Shown: piece by piece, positions 8,480 to 15,351 of the stretch | Numbering within the stretch: position 1 is the stretch's first letter | Layout: the number at the start of each line of letters is the position of its first letter | NCBI GenBank assembly: GCA_044221825.1 | Contig: JBGAOL010000002.1 | Span: 1 to 35,479 of the forward strand | Length of the DNA stretch: 35,479 bases | Direction: 5' to 3' | Source: Gemmatimonadales bacterium | Lineage (GTDB): Bacteria; Gemmatimonadota; Gemmatimonadetes; Gemmatimonadales; GWC2-71-9 | The notes under the pieces: model-generated | Seen by the model: only the letters and a program-made list of their open reading frames with translations | Database searches by the model: none | Told to the model about the DNA's origin: nothing | Made by a program: the position numbers and the translations under genes

Positions 8480-9924
8480 AGCCGACGATCACCATGCTCG
8501 ACCCCGCGCTGCTGGAGCGCATCGTGGGGGAGGCGATCGCGCTGCTCGGCGCCACGGGGGTGCGAGTGCAGTCGCCGGCGGCGCAGGTCGTGCTCCAGCA
8601 GGCGGGCGCCACGGTGACCGACGGCGTGGCCTGGATCCCCGAGGCCGCCATCCACCAGGCACTGGCCAGGGCGCCGCGCACCTTCCGGCTGCATCGGCGC
8701 GACGGCACGCCCGCCGTCGAGTACGGCGGCGAGGCCTCCCACTTCGATCCCGGCTCCTCCTGCGTCAGCGTGCTGGACCCTGACACCCGCGCACCGCGCC
8801 CCTCGCAGGCCACCGACCTGGTGCGGCTGGTGCAGGTGGCCGAGGGGCTCGCGGCGTACTCAGCCCAGTCCACTGCCGTGGTCTGCGGCGACGTGCCGGC
8901 GGCCATCGCCGACCTGTACCGGCTCTTCCTGGTGCTCTGGTACTCGGAGAAGCCGGTGGTGACCGGCGGCTTCACGGCGGCCACCACCGCCACGATGATC
9001 GCGCTGCTCGAGGCGGAGGCCGGGAGCGCCGAGGCGCTCCGCGCGAGGCCCCGGGCGGTGTTCGACGTCTGCCCGGTGCCGCCGCTGCTCTGGAGCGACT
9101 ACGCCGGCGACACGCTGCTCACGCTGGCGCGCGCGGGCGTGCCGGCGGAGATCGTGTCGGTGCCGCTGGCGGGCGCCACGGCCCCGGTGACGCTGGCGGG
9201 CGCGCTGGTGCAGCACACCGCTGAATGCCTCACAGGCGTGGTGATCCACCAGTCCGCGGCGCCGGGTGCGCCACTGGTCTGGGGCGGCGCGCCGGCCATC
9301 TTCGACATGCGCACCGGCAACGCGCCGATGGGCGCCATCGAGACGGCGATGCTCAACGCCGCCACCTGCCAGGTGGGGAAGCACCTCGGGCTCCCCACCC
9401 ACGGCTACCTCTGCGGCAGCGACGCCAAGGTGGTGGACGCGCAGGCCGGACTGGAGACGGGGATGGCGGCCCTCGCGGGGGTGCTGGCCGGGATCCACAT
9501 GATCTCCGGCGCCGGCATGCTCGACTTCCTGGCGACGCACAGCGCCGAGAAGCTGGTGCTCGACGCCGAGGCCATCCTGATGGCGCAGCGCTTTGGCCGG
9601 GGCATCGAGGCGCGGGGCGAGTCGCTGGCGCTGGCGACGTTCCGGCAGGTGGGGCTCACGGGCGAGTTCCTCAAGCTCAAGGAGACGCGGAACCTCTTCA
9701 AGCAGGAGCAGCACCTGCCCTCCGCGGTGATCGACCGCGCCTCCTACCGCGGCTGGCAGGACGCCGGCGGCCTCGACGCCTTCCAGCGGGCGCGGCAGCG
9801 GGCCGACCAGCTGGTGGCGCAGTACCAGCGCCCTGCGCTGGACCCGGCACGGGAGGCGGCGATGCTGGCCCTCATGCAGCGTGAGGCGGTGGCCGTGGGA
9901 CTCACCACGCTCCCGGGACTCTGA
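8476..9924 (+). CDS. MttB-superfamily (trimethylamine methyltransferase-like) substrate:corrinoid methyltransferase, non-pyrrolysine type
   Basis: 482 aa, the usual MttB size. The N-terminus LDPALLERIVGEAIALLGATGVRVQSPAAQVVLQQAGA is MttB-like. The ORF is uninterrupted with no in-frame TAG. Its ATG overlaps the corrinoid gene stop (ATGA at 8476-8479). Confidence 0.8.
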   Translation: MKPTITMLDPALLERIVGEAIALLGATGVRVQSPAAQVVLQQAGATVTDGVAWIPEAAIHQALARAPRTFRLHRRDGTPAVEYGGEASHFDPGSSCVSVLDPDTRAPRPSQATDLVRLVQVAEGLAAYSAQSTAVVCGDVPAAIADLYRLFLVLWYSEKPVVTGGFTAATTATMIALLEAEAGSAEALRARPRAVFDVCPVPPLLWSDYAGDTLLTLARAGVPAEIVSVPLAGATAPVTLAGALVQHTAECLTGVVIHQSAAPGAPLVWGGAPAIFDMRTGNAPMGAIETAMLNAATCQVGKHLGLPTHGYLCGSDAKVVDAQAGLETGMAALAGVLAGIHMISGAGMLDFLATHSAEKLVLDAEAILMAQRFGRGIEARGESLALATFRQVGLTGEFLKLKETRNLFKQEQHLPSAVIDRASYRGWQDAGGLDAFQRARQRADQLVAQYQRPALDPAREAAMLALMQREAVAVGLTTLPGL

Positions 9925-9925
9925 G

Positions 9926-10597
9926 ATGACGGCCGTGGCCCTTCCCATCGTCACCGTGGACGAGCTGCTCCGCGCCCAGGGCGCCGATCCCGCGCGGCTC
10001 GGCGCCCGCCACGCCGCGCTCGCGGCCATCGCCGAGGAGGCGCTCGAGGCCGGGGCGGCGGCGGTAAGCCCGGGGGTGACGTGGAGCTGGCGGGAGGTGC
10101 GCGGGGTGCACCCGGGCCGGGTGCTGCTGGACGGGGCCGGCCCGCTCCGGCACGCGGCGCTGGCGGAGGGCCTGGCCGGCGCCAGCCGGGTGGCGGCGGC
10201 AGCGCTCACGCTCGGCCCGGGGCTGGAGCGGCTGGTGGTCTCGCACGTGATGGGGCGGCCGTCGCTGGCGCTGGCCCTCGACGCCTACGGATCCACGGTG
10301 CTGATGCGGCTCGGCACCGAGGCGCGGCAGGCCATCGCGGCGGAGGCGGCGGGGCACGGGCTGGCCATGGGCCCGTCGCTCTTCCCGGGGATGCCGGGCT
10401 GGCCGGTGGTGCCGGGCCAGGCCGAGCTGCTGGGCCTGCTGGACGCGCCGCCCGACGGGCTCACGCTCACCGAGCTCGGGATGCTGGTGCCGGGCAAGTC
10501 GCTCACGTTCCTGGTGGGCGCGGGGAGCGGCCTGGCGCCGGGGGGCGCCCCCTGCGACGGGTGCGAGGCGTCGCCGCGCTGCTCGCACCGCGCCTGA
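9926..10597 (+). CDS. Methionine-synthase activation-domain-like protein (Met_synt_B12-like)
   Basis: ATG at 9926, one nt after the MttB stop, gives 223 aa. The C-terminal block SLFPGMPGWPVVPGQAELLGLLDAPPDGLTLTELGMLVPGKSLTFLVG resembles the SPGY..W....Q..LF.LL......I.LTES.MM.P.KS signature of the MetH reactivation module. This assignment is from memory of the family pattern. Confidence 0.6.
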   Translation: MTAVALPIVTVDELLRAQGADPARLGARHAALAAIAEEALEAGAAAVSPGVTWSWREVRGVHPGRVLLDGAGPLRHAALAEGLAGASRVAAAALTLGPGLERLVVSHVMGRPSLALALDAYGSTVLMRLGTEARQAIAAEAAGHGLAMGPSLFPGMPGWPVVPGQAELLGLLDAPPDGLTLTELGMLVPGKSLTFLVGAGSGLAPGGAPCDGCEASPRCSHRA

Positions 10598-10598
10598 C

Positions 10599-12224
10599 AT
10601 GCCCGGCGCACCCCACCTGACGGTCGAGTTCCAGCCGCTCGGCCGGCGCGCCGCCGTGGCCCCGGGCCAGACGCTGCTCGACGCCGCGCGCGAGGGCGGC
10701 ATCGCGCTCACGGCCACCTGCGGGGGCGCCGGCTCCTGCGCCAGCTGCCGGGTGCGGCTGGTGCACGGCGCGCTCTCCCCCGTCACCGACCTCGAGATCC
10801 TGGCGCTCGACGCCGCCGAGCTCGCCGCCGGCGACCGGCTGGCCTGCCAGGCCCTGCCCGAGGGCAGCGTCCGCCTCCACTGCCCGCCCGACTCGCTCCG
10901 CACCAGCCAGCGGCTCCAGCTCGAGGCGCTGGGCGGCGCCGTGCCCGACGGCTCCATTCCTGCCCCGCCCGGCGCCCTCGGCCTGGCCGTGGACCTCGGC
11001 ACCACCAAGGTGGCGGCGTACCTCGTGGACCTGGCCACCGGCGCCGCGGTGGCCAGCCACGCCGCGCCGAACCCGCAGGTGGCCTGGGGCGAGGACGTGA
11101 TCAGCCGGGTGGCCTACGCCGGCCAGCACCCCGACGCGGCAGCGCGCCTGACACAGGCGGTGCGCGCGGCGATCGCGAGCCTGGCGGGCACCCTGTCGCG
11201 GCATGCCGGCGTCCCGCTCAGCGAGGTCCGCCGGATGGTGGTGGTGGGCAACACCGCCATGCACCACCTGCTCCTCGCCCTGCCGGTGACCCAGCTCGGG
11301 CTGGCCCCGTACGCCCCGGCCCACACCGACCCGCTCACCCTGACCGGCGACCCGCTCGCCACCGGCCTCCCGGCCGCCGCGGAGGTGGTGCTTCCGCCCG
11401 TGATCGCGGGCTTCGTCGGGAGCGATCACGTGGCGATGCTGCTCGCCGCCGGGCTCGACACGGCGCAGGACACCGTGCTGGCCGTGGACATCGGCACCAA
11501 CACCGAGCTGTCGCTGCTGCACCGAGGCGTGCTGCTCACCTGCTCCACGCCGTCGGGACCGGCGTTCGAGGGGGCGCACCTCTCCACCGGCATGCGCGCG
11601 GCGCCGGGCGCGGTGGAGGCGGTGCGCATCGCGGGGGACCAGCTCCACTGGCGGAGCGTGGACGACGCCCCGCCCATCGGGATCTGCGGGTCGGGCGTCG
11701 TGGACCTGATGGCGGAGCTGCTGCGGGCGCGGCTCCTCTCGGAGCGCGGGGCGCTGGTGGGGGAGCACCCGGCGCTCCGGCGCGGCGCGGGCGCCCCGGA
11801 ACTGGTGGTGGTGCCGGGGCGGGATACGGGGCATGGCCGCGACCTCACGGTGCAGCGGCGCGACCTGCACGAGATCGCGCTCGCCAAGGCGGCGATCCGG
11901 AGCGCCATCGACACGCTGCTGGCGCGCGCGGGACTCGACGCGCGCGCGGTGGACCGGGTGGTGGTGGCGGGGGCGTTCGGGAGCTACCTGGACCTGGGGA
12001 GCGCGGTGCGGATCGGGATGTTCCCGGCGCTGCCGCGGGAGCGGTTTGTGCAGGTGGGCAATGCGGCGGGGCTCGGCGCGCGGCAGGTGCTGGTGTCGCG
12101 GCGGCGTGAAGCCGACGGACTGGCGCTGGCGCGGCGGGCGGTGCACGTGGAGCTGGGCGCGGAGCCGGGATTCCGGGAGCGGTACCTCGACGCGCTCTGG
12201 TTGCCGATGCGGACGCGGGGGTGA
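10599..12224 (+). CDS. Reductive activator of corrinoid proteins (RACo/RamA-like): N-terminal 2Fe-2S ferredoxin plus ASKHA ATPase (DUF4445)
   Basis: 541 aa. A plant-type ferredoxin Cys pattern is present (TATCGGAGSCASCRV...LACQA). ASKHA phosphate motifs DLGTTKVAAY and AVDIGTNTE follow. The ATG lies 1 nt after the upstream stop. Confidence 0.85.
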   Translation: MPGAPHLTVEFQPLGRRAAVAPGQTLLDAAREGGIALTATCGGAGSCASCRVRLVHGALSPVTDLEILALDAAELAAGDRLACQALPEGSVRLHCPPDSLRTSQRLQLEALGGAVPDGSIPAPPGALGLAVDLGTTKVAAYLVDLATGAAVASHAAPNPQVAWGEDVISRVAYAGQHPDAAARLTQAVRAAIASLAGTLSRHAGVPLSEVRRMVVVGNTAMHHLLLALPVTQLGLAPYAPAHTDPLTLTGDPLATGLPAAAEVVLPPVIAGFVGSDHVAMLLAAGLDTAQDTVLAVDIGTNTELSLLHRGVLLTCSTPSGPAFEGAHLSTGMRAAPGAVEAVRIAGDQLHWRSVDDAPPIGICGSGVVDLMAELLRARLLSERGALVGEHPALRRGAGAPELVVVPGRDTGHGRDLTVQRRDLHEIALAKAAIRSAIDTLLARAGLDARAVDRVVVAGAFGSYLDLGSAVRIGMFPALPRERFVQVGNAAGLGARQVLVSRRREADGLALARRAVHVELGAEPGFRERYLDALWLPMRTRG

Positions 12225-12245
12225 GCGGCGGCGGCGCGCCGCGCC

Positions 12246-15002
12246 CTACTCCTTTGCGCCCGGCCGCGTGAGGCTCCGCAGCACGCTGAACCAGTTGGTG
12301 ACCACCGTCAGCTGCGTGGTGCCCGCCGGACCCGCCATCGGCGCCAGCAGGTAGAGCCGCTCGCCGTCGGCCGAGGCGGCGTACTCGTAACCGGCCACGT
12401 TGATCCAGTCCCCGCGGGCCAGCAGCTCGGGCTCGCCGGCCTCCAGCGTGGTGGTGCCGCCGATGCTGGCGCGCCACCACTCCTGCCCGAAACGCCACAC
12501 CAGCGCCCGCCCGCCCTGGATCCAGACCGGCTCCTCCCCGCCGTTGCGCGAGATGCGCCAGCGCCGTCCCGTCAGCGGCCACGGCTGGACGTAGATCTCG
12601 TCGGTCCCCGTCTCGCTCGACGAGTAGGCAATCCACCGGCCGTCGGGCGAGAAGGTCCCGCCCCACTCGAGCCCCGGCGAGGTGGCCACGGGCTGGCTCA
12701 CGTCGCCGCTGTCGTGGTCCACCACCACGAGGTCGGGGCCGGTGGAGTCGCCGATGACGTTCAAGGAGAAGTGCCGCCCGTCCGGTGACCAGTAGAGGCC
12801 CGAGCCCACGAAGGCCGAGCGAAGGACCAACAGTACGGTGGCATTCTCCCGGCCGCTGACCCCCTGGGCCATGAGCCGGTACTCGGTGTCCACGCGCAAC
12901 GGGTAGGTGACACGCCCGTCCGGGTGGAAGGCGGGGCAGCCCACGCCACCGCTGGTGGTGAGGGGGACGCGGGTGCCGCGGGCCAGGTCGTACACCCACA
13001 TGTTCCACAGCCCCGTCTCCGGGTCGGTGACGCGGGTGGCGAGGGACCGTCCGTCCGGGGAGATCGCCAGGCACCCGAAGGTGGCCGGCTCGAACGGCAG
13101 CGTGTCCACGCGCCCGCCGCGGCCGCGGACCACGAGGCGGCTCCGGTCATTGGTCCCGCCCGCCGCGTAGACCAGGAGCCCGCTCTGCGCGAAGGTGTAC
13201 TGGCCGGCGAGGGTGCCGGCCTCGAGCCGCAGGTGCGGCAGGACGGTCACCGGCTCCCCGGACACCTGGAGTGTGCCGAGGTCGAAGGGCACGGCCCAGA
13301 GCGCGCCGCGCAGCCAGTAGGTGAGGTACCCGGCCGGCACGTACCGCACGTCGGTGCCCCCGGACAGCACGCGTCGGGGCGCGGCGTCGCCGGGCAGGTA
13401 GAGGTTGCTGTCCGCCAGGATGCCGCGCCCGCCCGGCAGCGAGCGGTGCAGCCGCATCGCACGGTGCAGGTCCTCCCGGGCGCCGGTGGCCGGGTCGATG
13501 CGCACCAGCCGCCGTCCCTGGAGCTCGCTCAGGGTGATGCCGCCGTCGTCGGCCCAGTCCGCGGCGAAGAAGCTGTTGACGCGGGTGATGGGGACCGGCG
13601 GGCCGCTGACCCCCATCCGCACCTTGCTCAGCTGGTCGCGGGCATGGAAGGCCAGCCAGGCGCCGTCCGGCGAGAAGAACGGACAGCACGCGTCCTCGGT
13701 GCCCGGCAGCGCGATGACGCTGTCGCGATCCATGGGGCGGAGGAAGAGCTGGGTGCCCTCGCCCCGCTGCGCCACGTAGGCCAGGGTCCGGCCGTCGGGC
13801 GAGAGCGCCAGCGCCGTGCGGCCGATCCCGAGCGGCGCCTTGCCGACGAACGCCAGCGGCGCCGAGTCAGGCAGGACGACGGTCGAGGTCATGACCGCAC
13901 CGGCGTCCACCACCGGCGCCCGCCGGCTCCATCCCCACACCGCGGCGCCACCCGCCACCAGGAAGAGCACCCACGGCAGGGCCGCGGCCAGGCGGGCGCG
14001 CGGGGCCCCGGCTTCCCGCGCCGCGCGCGGATGGTGGGTCGTGGTGCCGGGGCGCGCCAGCGCCTCGGCGAACTGCGCCGCCGACGCGAAGCGGTCCGCC
14101 GGCAGCTTCTCCAGCGCGGTGAGCACCGCCGCCTCCACGTGCGGTGGCACCGTCTTCCGCTGCAGGGTGATCGCCCGCGGTTCCTCCGTCATCACGCGCG
14201 CCACGATGGCCTGCGCGGTGGAGCCCGTGAACGGGGGATCGCCCGTGAGCATCTCGTAGGTCATCACGCCGAGCGCGTAGACGTCGCTCCGCGCGGTGAT
14301 CTCCCGCTCCCCCATGGCCTGTTCCGGCGACATGTAGTGCGGCGTGCCGAGGCTCATGCCGGTCTCGGTCATGCGGCCGCCCCCGGTGCTCGAGGCGGCC
14401 AGCGCGATGCCGAAGTCGGCCACGAGGGCGCTGCCGTCGTGGAGCAGGATGTTCTCGGGCTTGATGTCGCGGTGGATCACGCCCTGGCGATGGGCGTAGT
14501 CGAGCGCCGACGCCACCTGGGTGGCGATGCGGACCGCGTCCTCCACCGGCAGCTGCTTCTCGCGCGTGAGGCGGTCCCGCAGGGTCTCGCCGTCCACGAA
14601 CGGCATAACGTAGAACACCGTCGCCTCCACCTGCCCCGAGTCGTGGAGCGGGAGGATGTGCGGGTGCTGCAGGTTGGCGGTGGTGCGGATCTCGTGCAAG
14701 AAGCGCTCGGCGCCGAGGATGGCGGCGAGCTCGGGGCGGAGGACCTTCACCGCCACCTTGCGGTGGTGACGCAGGTCTTCGGCGAGGAAGACGGTGGCCA
14801 TGCCACCCTGACCGAGCTCGCGCTCGAGGCGGTAGCGGTCGGCGAGGGCGGACGTCAGACGGTCGGGGGTGGCCGGCAGATGTGCCTCGAGCTGGTGGGG
14901 GGTATAAACCTCCAAGGTACGGTCCCAAGCGTCCTGCGGCCAGCCGAACAGGGCATACTTGCCCGAGCGGCACCGCGGTACCTGCCTGATCTCTCTCGTC
15001 AC
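12246..15002 (-). CDS. Receptor-type Ser/Thr protein kinase with TolB/PD40-like beta-propeller (paralog K2); start uncertain
   Basis: Kinase motifs GQGGMATV, VAVK, HRDIKPENILL, ADFGIA and YMSPEQ, a TM segment (LPWVLFLVAGGAAVWGW), SPDG repeats and the C-terminal VVTNWFSVL tail. The longest ORF starts with GTG at 15002. No ATG/GTG lies at the position where the paralogs start, just before PDRL. An alternative in-frame TTG is at 14915. Confidence 0.85.
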   Translation of the reverse strand: MTREIRQVPRCRSGKYALFGWPQDAWDRTLEVYTPHQLEAHLPATPDRLTSALADRYRLERELGQGGMATVFLAEDLRHHRKVAVKVLRPELAAILGAERFLHEIRTTANLQHPHILPLHDSGQVEATVFYVMPFVDGETLRDRLTREKQLPVEDAVRIATQVASALDYAHRQGVIHRDIKPENILLHDGSALVADFGIALAASSTGGGRMTETGMSLGTPHYMSPEQAMGEREITARSDVYALGVMTYEMLTGDPPFTGSTAQAIVARVMTEEPRAITLQRKTVPPHVEAAVLTALEKLPADRFASAAQFAEALARPGTTTHHPRAAREAGAPRARLAAALPWVLFLVAGGAAVWGWSRRAPVVDAGAVMTSTVVLPDSAPLAFVGKAPLGIGRTALALSPDGRTLAYVAQRGEGTQLFLRPMDRDSVIALPGTEDACCPFFSPDGAWLAFHARDQLSKVRMGVSGPPVPITRVNSFFAADWADDGGITLSELQGRRLVRIDPATGAREDLHRAMRLHRSLPGGRGILADSNLYLPGDAAPRRVLSGGTDVRYVPAGYLTYWLRGALWAVPFDLGTLQVSGEPVTVLPHLRLEAGTLAGQYTFAQSGLLVYAAGGTNDRSRLVVRGRGGRVDTLPFEPATFGCLAISPDGRSLATRVTDPETGLWNMWVYDLARGTRVPLTTSGGVGCPAFHPDGRVTYPLRVDTEYRLMAQGVSGRENATVLLVLRSAFVGSGLYWSPDGRHFSLNVIGDSTGPDLVVVDHDSGDVSQPVATSPGLEWGGTFSPDGRWIAYSSSETGTDEIYVQPWPLTGRRWRISRNGGEEPVWIQGGRALVWRFGQEWWRASIGGTTTLEAGEPELLARGDWINVAGYEYAASADGERLYLLAPMAGPAGTTQLTVVTNWFSVLRSLTRPGAKE
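14812..14850. repeat. 39-nt exact repeat (kinase 5' coding segment), left copy flanking the island
   Basis: ccgagctcgcgctcgaggcggtagcggtcggcgagggcg is identical at 14812-14850, 22779-22817 and 25664-25702, with one mismatch at 4947-4985. On the minus strand it encodes ALADRYRLERELG. Confidence 0.9.
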
Positions 15003-15045
15003 GTCAGGGAAGGCCGCGGGGCCGTTCCTAGTCGCGACTCTCGAC

Positions 15046-15351
15046 TCACCTTAACACATCATACCTCTTCCACTCGGGAAGGTGTACGGCCATCATCGCC
15101 TTGAACAACTTGCCGTGGTTCGGCACCCGCAAGTGCAGGAGTTCATGCAGGATCACAAAATCCTGAAAGTCCCCAGATTTACGACAGAGATCATCCGCGA
15201 GGGTGAGCACACCGGTGGTTGAACAGGACCCCCACTTCCGGGTCATCCGCTGAACTCGCACGATTCGCGGGCTGGCCCGAAGGCGCCTAGACCAGCGATC
15301 AACCTTTCGGCGGAGCCGGGCTCGACAGTTGCTACGCTTCGGCATCCGCAT
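15046..15351 (-). CDS. Short DUF45/M48-like (YgjP/SprT-type) HExxH metal-dependent hydrolase
   Basis: The C-terminal part of ORF 15046-15588 reads [18 protein letters not shown]...[19 protein letters not shown], the WGSC...HELxHL...NH signature of DUF45. The likely start is ATG at 15351 or 15345, overlapping the hsdR stop by 14-20 nt. The upstream 79 codons lie inside hsdR in another frame and are Arg/Ser-rich. Confidence 0.6.
   Translation of the reverse strand: MRMPKRSNCRARLRRKVDRWSRRLRASPRIVRVQRMTRKWGSCSTTGVLTLADDLCRKSGDFQDFVILHELLHLRVPNHGKLFKAMMAVHLPEWKRYDVLR

Noticed and set aside
8476-9924. In-frame amber (pyrrolysine) codon in the MttB homolog
   Set aside because: The ORF is uninterrupted, and no Pyl-type TAG or pyl genes are seen. 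It is a non-Pyl family member.
12225-12245. Palindrome gcggcgcgccgc (12231-12242) as a bidirectional terminator between RACo and K2
   Set aside because: It is a 12-bp palindrome with no loop and no U-tract, so a stable terminator hairpin is not supported.
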